Below, in pieces: positions 51,881-62,212 of a stretch of DNA of 64,000 bases. The position numbers were made by a program, and so were the translations under genes. Source of the DNA: an uncultured Candidatus Binatia bacterium (GTDB taxonomy: Bacteria; Desulfobacterota; Binatia; UBA9968; JAJDTQ01); the NCBI GenBank assembly GCA_964291295.2, contig OZ219754.1, positions 3,168,001 through 3,232,000 on the forward strand. The letters are read 5' to 3'. Positions within the stretch are counted from its first letter, which is position 1, and every line of letters begins with the position of its first letter. The notes under the pieces were generated by a model. It saw only the letters and a list, made by a program, of their open reading frames with translations, was not told where the DNA came from and made no database searches.

Positions 51881-52279
51881 TCAGATCCCTCCCGTCTTGA
51901 CCTCGATCCGGTTGCCGTCGGGATCGAGGACATACTGTGAGTCGCTGCGTCCGGTGGCGCCGGTGCGGGGTACCACGCCGCCTTCGAGCCTGACATCCAT
52001 GGCCTTCATGCGGTGGAGGATGGCCCGAAACTCGGGGTCCGTGAAGGTCAGGCAGAAATGATCCACGCCGCCGTGCTCTTCCGCGCCATGGGCCTGGAAC
52101 GAAGCCGCGTGCAACAGGAAGAGGATGCTCCCGCCCACCTGCATGGCGGCCGCCTCCACATTGCTCTTGCCAAGCATGCGGCGGTCCACCATCTCGAAGC
52201 CGAAGAGGTCGCCGTAGAACCGGATGGAACGGTCAAGGTCGGTGACCTTGATCCCGACGTGGTCGAGCAGCGGCATCAC
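51881..52279 (-). CDS. VOC/glyoxalase family protein
   Basis: '[18 protein letters not shown]', 'DPDGNRIE'. Confidence 0.9.
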   Translation of the reverse strand: MMPLLDHVGIKVTDLDRSIRFYGDLFGFEMVDRRMLGKSNVEAAAMQVGGSILFLLHAASFQAHGAEEHGGVDHFCLTFTDPEFRAILHRMKAMDVRLEGGVVPRTGATGRSDSQYVLDPDGNRIEVKTGGI

Positions 52280-52427
52280 GCACCTCCTTTTCGAATACCT
52301 CCTCTATACCCTGAACGAGGGGCGCAGGGTATACGGCTTCATGAGACGCGCGGGATCAGGTAGACTGGCCGGGAATCCTTGGACATCCCGGAATACCTGG
52401 AAATCCCGGTTCGACCCCTTCGACTTC

Positions 52428-54773
52428 ATGAGCAGGACGGAAAAGACCGACGGCACCGGCGGGGGCGAGCCCGCACTCGACTTCATCCGCACCATCGTAC
52501 GGGACGACCTGGCGAGCGGGAAGCACCCTGGCGGGGTGGTGACGCGCTTTCCGCCGGAACCCAACGGTTTTCTCCACATCGGCCACGCCAAGTCCATCTG
52601 CCTCAACTTCGGCATCGCCCGGGAGTTCGGCGGACGCTGCAACCTGCGCTTCGACGACACCGACCCGGCCAAGGAGGACACGCGCTTCGTCGAGGCCATC
52701 AAGGACAACATCCGCTGGCTGGGCTTCGACTGGGGCGAGGGGTTGTACAACGCATCCGACTATTTCGATGAGCTGTACCGCTTCGCCGTCCAGCTCATCG
52801 AACGCGGCCGCGCCTACGTGTGCAGCCTCAGCGAGGCGGAGATCCGCGCCACCCGGGGCACGTTGACGGAGGCGGGGCGCGAGAGCCCCCACCGGGACCG
52901 CGGGGTGGACGAGAATCTCGAACTCTTCACCCGCATGCGCCAGGGCGAGTTCCCGGACGGCGCCCACGTGCTGCGCGCCCGGATCGACATGGCCGCGCCG
53001 AACATGAAGATGCGCGATCCGGTGATCTACCGCATACGCCATGTCACCCACCACCACACCGGCGACAGCTGGCCCATCTATCCCATGTACGACTTCGCCC
53101 ATCCCCTGTCGGACGCGCTGGAAGGGGTCACCCACTCCCTCTGCACCCTGGAGTTCGAGAACAACCGCGAGTTCTACGACTGGGTTCTCGCACAGGTGGA
53201 CGCCCCCTCCACCCCGCGGCAGATCGAGTTCGCCCGGCTGAATCTCGACTACACCGTGATGAGCAAGCGCCGGCTGCTGGAACTGGTGGAGGAGAGGCGC
53301 GTGGCGGGTTGGGACGACCCGCGCATGCCCACCCTGGCCGGGCTGAGGCGGCGCGGCTGCACGCCCGAGGCCGTCCGCAACTTCTGCCACAGCGTGGGCA
53401 TCGCCAGGAACGACAACACGGTGTCGATGGGCCAGCTCGAACACTTCATCCGCGACGATCTCAACCGGAAGGCGCCCCGGGTGCTGGCAGTGGAGCGGCC
53501 GCTCAAGGTGGTCCTCACCAACTACCCGGAGGATCGAGTCGAGGAACTGGAGGCGCCCTGCTACCCCCACGACGTGGCCAGGGAAGGATCCCGCACCCTT
53601 CCCTTCTCCCGCGAACTTTACATCGACCGGAACGACTTTCTCGAAGCGCCTCCCGAGGGCTGGCACCGGCTGGCACCGGGTCGCGAGGTGCGGCTGCGCT
53701 ACGCCTACGTCATCCGCTGCGGCGAGGTGGTGAAAGATCCGGCCACCGGCGCGGTGCAAGAGTTGCGCTGCTCCCATGACCCGGAGACGCGGAGCGGTTC
53801 GGGCAAAGGCGGCAGGAAGGTCCCGGGGACCATCCAGTGGGTTTCCACCGGCCACGCCCTGAAGGCCGAACTCCGTCTCTACGACCGGCTCTTCTCCGTG
53901 CCCGATCCCCAGGGCGACCCGGGCCGCGACTACCGGGAGTTCCTGAACCCCGCGTCCCTGGAAACCGTCCAGGGTCTGGTGGAGCCGAGCCTCGGCACCG
54001 CCCGGCCGGGCGACCGCTACCAGTTCGAGCGGCTGGGCTACTTCTGCGTGGATCCGGACACGGCCGCGAATGCGCCGGTGTTCAACCGCATCGTGACGCT
54101 CCGGGACTCATGGCTCAAGATCGTGCGGCGGGGCGACCACGGCGGCGGCCGAACCCGGCGTTCACGGAAGGCACCGGCCGACCCGGGGAGCGCGTCCAGG
54201 GCTCCACGCGAAAACCCGGTGCCGGTGGAGACCGAACTGACGGAGGCCGGGCGCTCGCGCATGACGCGTTACCGCGAGCTCGGACTGCCGGCCGGCGACG
54301 CGTGGTTGCTGGCCGCGGAGGACGGCCCGGCCGCGTTCTTCGAAGAGGCCCTTCGCGTCCATCCCAACCCCAGGGCCGTGGCCAACTGGATCATCCACGA
54401 ATTGCGCCCGGTGCTGAAGGACCGACCGCCGCGGTTGACCCCGGCGGCCCTCGCCGAACTGGTGGCGCTCATCGACGACCAGACCCTTTCCGGAAAGGGC
54501 GCCAAACAGGTCTTCGCCGCACTGCTGAAAGAGGGCGGAAGCCCGGCCGCCCTGGTGGAGCGGCTGGGGCTACGGCAGGTGGTGGATGCGGGGCAACTCG
54601 AACCGGTCGTCGACGCCGTCCTCGCCGCCAACCCGGACAACGTCGCCCGCTATCGCGGCGGCAAGACCAATCTGCTCGGGTTCTTCGTCGGTCAGGTGAT
54701 GCAGTCCACTGGAGGCAAGGCCAGCCCGCGGCTCGTCAACGAGATGCTGCGGGCGAAACTGGGGAATGGCTGA
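52428..54773 (+). CDS. glnS: Glutamine--tRNA ligase with C-terminal YqeY domain
   Basis: '[15 protein letters not shown]', 'HSLCTLEF', 'MSKR', 'QFERLGYF'; tail '[17 protein letters not shown]'. Confidence 0.95.
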   Translation: MSRTEKTDGTGGGEPALDFIRTIVRDDLASGKHPGGVVTRFPPEPNGFLHIGHAKSICLNFGIAREFGGRCNLRFDDTDPAKEDTRFVEAIKDNIRWLGFDWGEGLYNASDYFDELYRFAVQLIERGRAYVCSLSEAEIRATRGTLTEAGRESPHRDRGVDENLELFTRMRQGEFPDGAHVLRARIDMAAPNMKMRDPVIYRIRHVTHHHTGDSWPIYPMYDFAHPLSDALEGVTHSLCTLEFENNREFYDWVLAQVDAPSTPRQIEFARLNLDYTVMSKRRLLELVEERRVAGWDDPRMPTLAGLRRRGCTPEAVRNFCHSVGIARNDNTVSMGQLEHFIRDDLNRKAPRVLAVERPLKVVLTNYPEDRVEELEAPCYPHDVAREGSRTLPFSRELYIDRNDFLEAPPEGWHRLAPGREVRLRYAYVIRCGEVVKDPATGAVQELRCSHDPETRSGSGKGGRKVPGTIQWVSTGHALKAELRLYDRLFSVPDPQGDPGRDYREFLNPASLETVQGLVEPSLGTARPGDRYQFERLGYFCVDPDTAANAPVFNRIVTLRDSWLKIVRRGDHGGGRTRRSRKAPADPGSASRAPRENPVPVETELTEAGRSRMTRYRELGLPAGDAWLLAAEDGPAAFFEEALRVHPNPRAVANWIIHELRPVLKDRPPRLTPAALAELVALIDDQTLSGKGAKQVFAALLKEGGSPAALVERLGLRQVVDAGQLEPVVDAVLAANPDNVARYRGGKTNLLGFFVGQVMQSTGGKASPRLVNEMLRAKLGNG

Positions 54774-54896
54774 AGGTTGCGAGCCGATCCCTGTCGTGTC
54801 ATCGCCTTGTCCGGACCTTCCCTGGCATGATCGCCAACAACGGCGCCGGCGGCGAGCATGGCAAAGGTTGCCGGAAGGCACGCGACAGGCAGGGGG

Positions 54897-55439
54897 CTAC
54901 CCGCTCTTGCCCAGCGTCACCAGCAGGCTCGCCAGATCGTCGGCGTGCTCCTCTTCCATCTTGAGGATGTCCTCGATGATCCGGCGGGTGGTGGGGTCGT
55001 CGTTGGCGAGCCAGCGGATGATCTCGGAATAGGTCTCGATGGCCACGCGCTCGGCCACCAGGTCTTCCTCGATCATCGCCTCCAGGGTGTCGCCTTCACG
55101 GTAGTCGGCGTGGGACCGGGTCGCCAGCCCCTCGGGACTGAAATTCGGCGAGCCGCCGAGTTGGGTGATGCGCTGGGCCACCCAGTCCGCGTGCATCTGC
55201 TCCTCGTTGGCATGCTGGAGAAACTCGGCCGCCACCGGCCCGGCGTTGATGCCGCTGGCCATGAAGTAGTGGTTCCGGTAGCGCAGGATGCACACGATCT
55301 CGGTGGCCAGCACCTCGTTCAGCACCGATAGCACCTGCTCCCGGTCGGCCAGATAGGCGCCGGTGATGGCACCCTGTGCCATCTTCTCGCGAGCCCGTTT
55401 CCGGATCGCCTCAAGGTCCGTCCTGAAGGGTTCTTTCAT
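54897..55439 (-). CDS. Bacterioferritin/ferritin-like protein
   Basis: Di-iron motifs 'EEQMH', 'ERVAI', 'EEEHADDL'. Confidence 0.85.
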   Translation of the reverse strand: MKEPFRTDLEAIRKRAREKMAQGAITGAYLADREQVLSVLNEVLATEIVCILRYRNHYFMASGINAGPVAAEFLQHANEEQMHADWVAQRITQLGGSPNFSPEGLATRSHADYREGDTLEAMIEEDLVAERVAIETYSEIIRWLANDDPTTRRIIEDILKMEEEHADDLASLLVTLGKSG

Positions 55440-55460
55440 GGTTCGATCCTCCTGCCACCC

Positions 55461-55491
55461 TTATCACGTCAGGGAGTTATCACGTCAGGGA
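55461..55491. repeat. Perfect 15 bp direct repeat upstream of the ferritin-like gene
   Basis: ttatcacgtcaggga at 55461-55475 and 55477-55491. Confidence 0.85.
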
Positions 55492-55620
55492 ACGTTGTCA
55501 AGCAATACGACCGGGAACAACTTTCTTGCGGCGCCCGGCGGCGGGCGGCCGTGCCGTCCCGTCGGCGCCTCCGTGAGGCCGGCGACGGATGGGCGTCACG
55601 CATCGGGGCATGCCCGACGC

Positions 55621-56205
55621 TCAGGCCGCGGTCCATCCCAGCCGCTCATCGCGGCGGCGCAGCCAGGCGATGAAGGGCAGGGCAAGCACCACCATCCAGG
55701 CCTTTCCGAGGACCTGTCCCAGCAGGAAATCGAGGCTCCCGAACGCCAGATGGAGGAACAGGATGCTGTCGACGACGAGGCCGACGATGCTGCTGGCGAA
55801 GACCGCCAGCACCAGGCCCCGCCGCTGCAAAGGCGTGTAGACGGCCAGATCCGCGCTTTCCGAGAACAGGTAGGCCGCGCCGGACGCCACCACCAGGGCC
55901 GGCGGCGCGAAGAATGCGGACAACCCCGCGCCGGCCACCACCGCAGCCGCCGCCCACCGGACGCCGATGCGGCGCTGTACCAGGTCGCGCAGGACGAAGG
56001 CCAGACCGATGGTCACCACCCCGCTCGGCGCCGCCACCCCCGGGGCCACCGGGATCAGGCACGGCGCGGCCGGCGGGCACACCGTGCCCACATTGCCGAT
56101 GAGCCAATTGGAGGCCGGGATGCACAAGCCGAACCCGATCAGAAAAGCGATGCCTTCCCGGCGCCTTCGACGTCCACCGCCGCCATCCTTCGTCACGACC
56201 CGCAC
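55621..56205 (-). CDS. VUT family (queuosine-precursor-type) transporter
   Basis: 'GLAFVLRDLVQ', 'AYLFSESADLAVY', 'VDSILFL..AFG', 'GQVLGK'; start uncertain. Confidence 0.8.
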   Translation of the reverse strand: MRVVTKDGGGGRRRRREGIAFLIGFGLCIPASNWLIGNVGTVCPPAAPCLIPVAPGVAAPSGVVTIGLAFVLRDLVQRRIGVRWAAAAVVAGAGLSAFFAPPALVVASGAAYLFSESADLAVYTPLQRRGLVLAVFASSIVGLVVDSILFLHLAFGSLDFLLGQVLGKAWMVVLALPFIAWLRRRDERLGWTAA

Positions 56206-56543
56206 CTCCCGTTTGCACCATCCCGACTGTTTCGTCCCGCCTGCCGCGCCACCCGACCCGCATGGCCGGCGTGCGTTCCGGATCGCTTCAATTTACCCTT
56301 CGCCCACCCTTCAACCCTTCGCCTTGGATTGAAGACCGAAGCTTCCCGAACTTCCCGGGCGGCAGCGTGCTCCCACCCCCGCGCGGCGCCGGGCGGTCGC
56401 CTGTTTCCAGCGACCGCCAGCCATTTCGGCAACTGTCCTCTTGCAGAGCTGCAGGGCTTTCAGCACCTGGGTGCCGGAGCGGTTTCCAGCGACCGCCAAG
56501 CGTCTCGTTCATCCGTCAGCAGTCTTCTGTCAGCAGTCTTCTG

Positions 56544-57740
56544 TCAGCAGCCGCCCTCGCGCCGAGTCTGTTCCGCCAGCCAATCCTTGACGAGCCGGGT
56601 GCGTTGATAGTTCCTGTCCTTGGCCGGATTCTTGGCGCCGCTCTTTTCCTTCCACTGCTTCTCGGCTCTCATCCGGTGTTCAAGCCATCTCGCGGCCTCG
56701 GTTCGCTCGGAGCCGCTCCAGCGTCCCTCGTTGATACTCCGGATGATGGTGGTCACGGCCGGCTCCTTCTTGTCCGGACGCTCTTCGAGAATCTTTTCGA
56801 TCTCACGGTGGACCGGCGGCATCGCCGCCAGCCTTGCCGCTTGCTCCTCTGCCTCCCGCTGTTTCCGGGTTCGCTCCTGTTGCTCGCGTTCCCGGTCTTG
56901 CAGCCGCCGCTTCAGATCGTTGGTCTTTGCGTCATCCCTCTGAAAACGCCCATAGCCCACCGCGGTCTTCGCACCGCTTCCGCACCAGGCGAGTGCCAGG
57001 CAAAGCCACGCCATCACGTCATCCAGATCCTCGCCCGCGACGGCGCCACGCGGAACGATGCCGAAGAGAAGCGCCGTTCCGGAGGCAGTAACCAGGAAGG
57101 GCACCGGTACCGGAGAACGCCAGTCACCGGGCGGCTCCTGCTCGGTCCAGCCGGCATGGTGGGGCGTCATCACATCCGATTCGAGTTGTACCGGCGCGAC
57201 CGGAACGGCATCCAGAAAGCTGATCCCACCCGCACTCCCGGGGCCACCGAGCAGACGCTTGACCACGCCGGAAGGGACCGGTGGATCGGCGTCCCGCTTC
57301 GTCCAGGCCCGCACCATTCCCTTGATCGAACTGCCGGGCAGGCAGGGCGTTCCCAATGTCGGATGCCAGGCAAAGCCGTTCTCGACGGGATGGCTGCGGC
57401 CAAGCCCGGTCACGAAGCGCGACTCCGAGGTGAACACCGCGAACCGGCCCCCGCGCCTTTCGATCAGCGTCACCATGCGCGATGCGAACTCGCCGATCTG
57501 CGGTTCCGCACCGATCCTGCTGTCCGTGACGGTATCGATCCATGCGAGCTTGGGGCTTCTGTTGCGGCCGTCCTCCCTGCGCTTCGAGGGACCTTCGTCG
57601 TGGTCCGTCCTGCTCCCCATGCTCCATGAGGAACCCTGGACGTTCCACTGGTTGCAGAACTTGTCGAACCAAAGCCCGGCATGGCCGCCGGGCGGTCGCT
57701 TTTCGGGCTTGCGCGCAGCGCCGGCGTAGAGCGGTCGCAT
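56544..57740 (-). CDS. cmr6: Type III-B CRISPR RAMP protein Cmr6
   Basis: 'GLGRSHPVENG', 'LPGSSIKG', 'DVMTPH', 'GAKTAVGYG'. Confidence 0.92.
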   Translation of the reverse strand: MRPLYAGAARKPEKRPPGGHAGLWFDKFCNQWNVQGSSWSMGSRTDHDEGPSKRREDGRNRSPKLAWIDTVTDSRIGAEPQIGEFASRMVTLIERRGGRFAVFTSESRFVTGLGRSHPVENGFAWHPTLGTPCLPGSSIKGMVRAWTKRDADPPVPSGVVKRLLGGPGSAGGISFLDAVPVAPVQLESDVMTPHHAGWTEQEPPGDWRSPVPVPFLVTASGTALLFGIVPRGAVAGEDLDDVMAWLCLALAWCGSGAKTAVGYGRFQRDDAKTNDLKRRLQDREREQQERTRKQREAEEQAARLAAMPPVHREIEKILEERPDKKEPAVTTIIRSINEGRWSGSERTEAARWLEHRMRAEKQWKEKSGAKNPAKDRNYQRTRLVKDWLAEQTRREGGC

Positions 57741-58150
57741 CACTCGTCCTCTCCTTCGCCCTTGGGGAAGGACGCCCGGCAGCACTTCTTGTGCCACTCG
57801 AGCCAGGCCAGCGCCTCGATCTGGGCGCGCAGATAGAATGTCTCGTCATGCTCCGCCATGGCACGCAGAAGGTCACCGCCCGACGGATACACGCCTTTCC
57901 CGTCGCGACAGAGCCATTGGTTCAGGCTCTGGTAGAGCTCGTGATGCGCCTTCTCGTCTTCCTTCTTCGGCTTCGCGCCGGCGGCGGCGCGTTCGGTGGC
58001 CAGCGCCTGCCCGAGACCGTTCATGACAATGGCCGGTCCCAGACGGTCCACATAGGCGCGATACCTTGTCTTGAAGCCGGCAGACTCGTTGCCAAGCGCG
58101 TCCACACGTTTCAGAGCGTTCGCGGCCCGGTCCTGCTCGATGGTCCTCAC
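57740..58150 (-). CDS. cmr5: Type III-B small subunit Cmr5
   Basis: 'TIEQDRA', 'IVMNGLGQALA', 'EALAWLEWHK'; GTG start overlapping cmr4 stop. Confidence 0.9.
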   Translation of the reverse strand: MRTIEQDRAANALKRVDALGNESAGFKTRYRAYVDRLGPAIVMNGLGQALATERAAAGAKPKKEDEKAHHELYQSLNQWLCRDGKGVYPSGGDLLRAMAEHDETFYLRAQIEALAWLEWHKKCCRASFPKGEGEDE

Positions 58151-58980
58151 CGCACCGCCTCCGTCTCCGCGTCGGACCTGTGGACGGTGACGGCGAACCA
58201 CCCCTGCCCCACCGTCTCGTTGCCGCCAGCGTGCAGGTATCGATCTTCTTCGGGAAAGAGCACGTCGAGCGAGGCCAGCGCCCGGTCGCCGCGACCCGCC
58301 ACCAGGGCGTACATGAGCGTGTCCGGGGGCAGTGTCTCTTCGTACCAGAGGTTCGTGCTCGTCTTCGTCTTGGCCTCCAGGACGTTGCGCGCCTGGATGG
58401 AGAGGCCGTATCGGGCGAACCAGACAAAATCGTCGTCGTGAAGGACGGCAAGCTGGCCGGGCAGACGATCGCGTGTCTCTTCGTGGAGAAGGAGAGGCTG
58501 CACGGCTTTCACCAGATCGTCCGGCACCTCGCCATCAATGATGAACTGACGTTCTTCCAGGAACAGTTGGTCACCGACGGTGGTGCCGGTGGTCAGCACC
58601 GAACCGCACTTCACTTCCGGGACTTTCGGGCGAAGCGGCAATCCGGCCCTTGCGAGGTCTCGACCCAAGCGCTCGACAAGGTGCGGGCAAGTAGCCCAAC
58701 GGTACGAGCCGGTGAGGCTGCGCACGGGAAGCAGAAGCAGCCGGGCATCCGCCACCAACAGGCCGCCGGCCTTGTCCGGCACTCCGAAAAGGGCTTCCCT
58801 CTCTTCCGCCGGCGCCGTCGCCATCTTGTCCTTGAGCGCGCCCTTCAGGCTCGATCCCACCAGCACCGGGTAGTCCGTGGCCGCCTCGCGCGCCACCGGC
58901 AGATCCACCACCCCCATACCGCGTCCGGTTCCGGGGTGGATCGGGGTCTCGGCCAACAGGCCGAGCATGGCTGTATTCAT
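58147..58980 (-). CDS. cmr4: Type III-B RAMP protein Cmr4
   Basis: 'ETPIHPGTG', 'VDLPVARE', 'GSSLKGAL', 'LWYEETLP', 'GGNETVGQG'. Confidence 0.93.
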   Translation of the reverse strand: MNTAMLGLLAETPIHPGTGRGMGVVDLPVAREAATDYPVLVGSSLKGALKDKMATAPAEEREALFGVPDKAGGLLVADARLLLLPVRSLTGSYRWATCPHLVERLGRDLARAGLPLRPKVPEVKCGSVLTTGTTVGDQLFLEERQFIIDGEVPDDLVKAVQPLLLHEETRDRLPGQLAVLHDDDFVWFARYGLSIQARNVLEAKTKTSTNLWYEETLPPDTLMYALVAGRGDRALASLDVLFPEEDRYLHAGGNETVGQGWFAVTVHRSDAETEAVR

Positions 58981-60167
58981 CGATGGTCCTCCTTTGACAC
59001 CGGCCAGACCCCGGGGGCCACGAGGCCGAAGCCCCACTGCTGGCGCAACCCGATGCGGGCCCGTCCGCCCCTCTTCGACACCACCTCCCTGAAGCGCTCC
59101 GGCTCGCCGAGTTCGCAGAAGAGCGTGCTGCCGGGCAACAGTACCGGGCGAAGCGGCAGCGGGCGCCGCTCCAGCGAATTCCAGCCGCCGACCTGCTGCG
59201 GGCGGTCCAGGCAGGCGGAGACGACACGGGCGTTTCCCAAGGCTTCCAGGGGCTGGTTGCCAACGCGGATGTCCCGGGGAAGATCAACGGGCGACAGTGC
59301 CACCAGCGCCACTCGCCGGGTGTCCCCGATCTCGGCCAACGGCGCCTCAAGTGCCAGTTCGGCGTCCCATTCCCGGCACTCTTGCCATTCCCGGCATTCG
59401 GCAAGCCGGCCTTCGCCGCCCAGCGTCAACGGGCTGCCAAAGGGCGGCGTCCATCCGGCTGGCAGTCCGGCAATCCGGACCCCGAGGGAGACGCCGCGGG
59501 CGGGACGGACGTGGCGGGTGCTGTAAAGCATTCCTTCCCTGGCGGTGCGGGTCTCGCCGTCACGCTCCAGCCCGATGCGCGGTTCGTCCGACCAGAGACA
59601 TTGATCCGGCACCAGATCCCCACGATCCGGAAGACGGCCGGCGAGGACCGCGCCAAGCCCTTTCCGCGTAAGCCAGAAGCCATCGCCGGACTTCAGGGCG
59701 AAAGCCGTCGACGACGGAGCGCTGCGGGTGCCGCCAGTCTTGCCTGCATCCAGCGCAGCATCCACCACCTCCGGAAGCCGGACTTCATCGCCGAGGTCGC
59801 AGGCCACTTTTTCGCCGGGGCAGACGAAAGCGCTCGGCCGCCAGTGCGTTCCGTCGGAGACACCAAGGAGATGTCGGGGCAGACGGAACAGCGGCTGGCG
59901 GTCTCGCAGCAGGAACGGACCATCCAGGTACAGGGCGCCCAGGTTCTCGGGGCCGTCGCCGAGCACCTCGCAGAAATCGGCCGGCCACCTTCCGTGACCG
60001 TTCCAGCCGTTGCTCAAGGCCAATGCCGCCCGAAGCGCTCCGGCCACCGTGGGCGGATGGGGAGGGAACAGGCTGCCGACGTTGTCCTGCGGCGTACTGC
60101 CCATGGTGAACGGGGTTCCATCGCGGAAGAACCATGTGTCCACCGGTTGCAGTCGAACACCGATCAC
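58977..60167 (-). CDS. cmr3: Type III-B protein Cmr3
   Basis: 'PVDTWFFRDGTPF', 'PPHPPTVAGALR', 'LGGEGR', 'GFG'. Confidence 0.92.
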   Translation of the reverse strand: MIGVRLQPVDTWFFRDGTPFTMGSTPQDNVGSLFPPHPPTVAGALRAALALSNGWNGHGRWPADFCEVLGDGPENLGALYLDGPFLLRDRQPLFRLPRHLLGVSDGTHWRPSAFVCPGEKVACDLGDEVRLPEVVDAALDAGKTGGTRSAPSSTAFALKSGDGFWLTRKGLGAVLAGRLPDRGDLVPDQCLWSDEPRIGLERDGETRTAREGMLYSTRHVRPARGVSLGVRIAGLPAGWTPPFGSPLTLGGEGRLAECREWQECREWDAELALEAPLAEIGDTRRVALVALSPVDLPRDIRVGNQPLEALGNARVVSACLDRPQQVGGWNSLERRPLPLRPVLLPGSTLFCELGEPERFREVVSKRGGRARIGLRQQWGFGLVAPGVWPVSKEDHR

Positions 60168-62212
60168 CGTCCGAACTCCTGCTCTTCGGGATCGGCCAGA
60201 AATCGGGCGAGCAGCAATCCATCGACGCCCACCCGCGAGACGCGGAGGCTGCCGCTGCCGGCGGCCGCCGTGGAGGCGCCACCGTCGAGCCGGGGAGCGT
60301 CGGCTCCCGGGGAGGGCGATGCGGTGCCGTCGCGGGCGTTCGCGGCAACGCCCTGCGGATTGCCCGCGGGCGAAAGGAGGTTCCAGACGCCGGCCGTCAA
60401 CTGTTCGGTGCTTTCGGCTCTTGCCGCCGCGCCGTCGTCCATGCGCGTTTCCAGGCTGTGGGCAATCTCCGTACGCAGGAACGCGTGAAGGTCAATGTCC
60501 CCCGGAACATCGCCCCAGCTCCCGGGCCGCCACTGCTCCCAGCCGCAGAGCCGGGCGAACAGATCCCGTATCCGGTAAACCAGCGCCGACGAGAGTCCGG
60601 GCTGGGCTGCATCCGGAGCGACTTCGAGTTGCCGTGACAGCGCTTCGATGAGGCCGACGGCGCAGGCTTCGCCCTCCGGACCGCGGCGGGTCCAGGTGCT
60701 CACCCACTCACAGTACGGACCGCCGGGCTTCAACACGGCCGCCGCCAGCGAATCCCGGCCGTTGCCGTCCTTGGCAACGTCGTCAAGCAGACGGTGCGCC
60801 TCGCCGAGCACATGATTGAGCGGCAATCGAACGTGGGCGAAGACCACTGCGGCGGACAGGGTCGCGGCTGCGCCGGTGTCCCTGCCCGTGCCCGCAAAGG
60901 CCCGCCGGTAGGCGTCCGACAGCGCCGTCGCGCAGGCCAGCGCCGTCCTTGTCGGGAGCATGGCGAGCACATCGTCGCCGCCGGCATAGACGGCCACGCC
61001 ATCGTGGTCGCGGACGATCTCGGGTGTCTTTCTGGTGAATTCGGCCAACGCCTCGCTCACGAACTCGCCCTTGAGATCGGAGACCAGCCTGCCCAGGCGA
61101 TCGCCGTCGGCCAGGAGCAGCGCGTAGAAGAACGGCGGTGACCCCAGCCGGCGTCCCTGCTCATCGGTGGCTTCGTAAATGAGCCGGAGCCGCTTCGCCA
61201 ACTCCCCGCGCACTCCGGATGACGTTTCGGACGTTTGGCCGGGGAGAGGACACCGCAATTCGTCCATCACGAATTCGCTGTGCAGATAATTCGCGTCGAG
61301 CTTCCGGAAATTGCCGTCCGGCTCATGCGAATCAGACCGTGGCCGCCGCATGGGGAAGGCTTCGCTTCCCGCACTCCGCATGACCGCATCCGCGTAATCC
61401 GCCGCCTGCCGTGGCACGGCAGTCTTGACGCGGCACATCCACGGCACGGCACCCACATACACCGTCGACGGCCAGCGCGAGGCATCCACCTCCCAGCCCA
61501 GAGCCTCGGCAGCAACCTTGGGAAACATCCGCTTCACGAACGCGATGGCACCGAGGCGCTCGTTGTCGCGCAGGTCCAGCGGCCCGAGCCTGTTCCGGAT
61601 CCGATCCCAGAATGCATCCTGCTCCATCCGGTCCTGCGCCCGGACGAACCCCGAGAGTTCCTGCAGGGTGTGCATCACCGTGCACTTGTCACCGGGCTCC
61701 TCGGGCGGATGATGGCTGCGCCAGTGCTTGCGACGGGCAAGCAGGCCACCGGCGGCATCGGCATCGCCGGCGGTCCACATGATTTCCCAGAACGAATCGG
61801 TCTGCCGCTTCCAGATATCCCCGGTGCCATTGCCGATGGGACATGCCGGCTCCACGAAACTGCTCCATACGGCATGGCACACCTGCTCCCACGCGGTCCG
61901 CAGCGATCGGATTCCGGCCCGGGCGACCTCGGAACCGTTTCCCTCCACTTCGACGACGCAATGATTCGGAAGCGAACCGATCCGGGGCGGCTCACCGTCA
62001 CGGCAGCCGGTGACCCACTGGTAGAGCCGGTCCTGTTCCACGGCCTCCGCAGCCGGTACGACGAGCCGTCCACCCGCTTCGACGGCGCCGCGCATGGCAT
62101 GTGCGGACAGAAACGCCAAGAGGCAGGAACTGCCCCAGAGATCGCGCGTGCGGCGCGACTGGGAGACGAAACCCTGGACGGGGCCGATGGAGATATCCAC
62201 GCGAGTGGTCAC
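60164..62212 (-). CDS. cas10: Cas10/Cmr2 lacking an HD domain
   Basis: 'SIGPVQGFVSQSRRTRDLWGSS' at the N-terminus, 'ADGDRLG', 'YAGGDD'. Confidence 0.93.
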   Translation of the reverse strand: MTTRVDISIGPVQGFVSQSRRTRDLWGSSCLLAFLSAHAMRGAVEAGGRLVVPAAEAVEQDRLYQWVTGCRDGEPPRIGSLPNHCVVEVEGNGSEVARAGIRSLRTAWEQVCHAVWSSFVEPACPIGNGTGDIWKRQTDSFWEIMWTAGDADAAGGLLARRKHWRSHHPPEEPGDKCTVMHTLQELSGFVRAQDRMEQDAFWDRIRNRLGPLDLRDNERLGAIAFVKRMFPKVAAEALGWEVDASRWPSTVYVGAVPWMCRVKTAVPRQAADYADAVMRSAGSEAFPMRRPRSDSHEPDGNFRKLDANYLHSEFVMDELRCPLPGQTSETSSGVRGELAKRLRLIYEATDEQGRRLGSPPFFYALLLADGDRLGRLVSDLKGEFVSEALAEFTRKTPEIVRDHDGVAVYAGGDDVLAMLPTRTALACATALSDAYRRAFAGTGRDTGAAATLSAAVVFAHVRLPLNHVLGEAHRLLDDVAKDGNGRDSLAAAVLKPGGPYCEWVSTWTRRGPEGEACAVGLIEALSRQLEVAPDAAQPGLSSALVYRIRDLFARLCGWEQWRPGSWGDVPGDIDLHAFLRTEIAHSLETRMDDGAAARAESTEQLTAGVWNLLSPAGNPQGVAANARDGTASPSPGADAPRLDGGASTAAAGSGSLRVSRVGVDGLLLARFLADPEEQEFGR

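Noticed and set aside
56286-56500. CRISPR array next to cmr6 (ggattgaagac resembles a repeat end)
   Set aside because: Only one such motif; no regular repeat-spacer periodicity
59366-59400. 18 bp duplication in cmr3 (ECREWQ/ECREWD)
   Set aside because: In-frame local duplication with no evidence of functional significance
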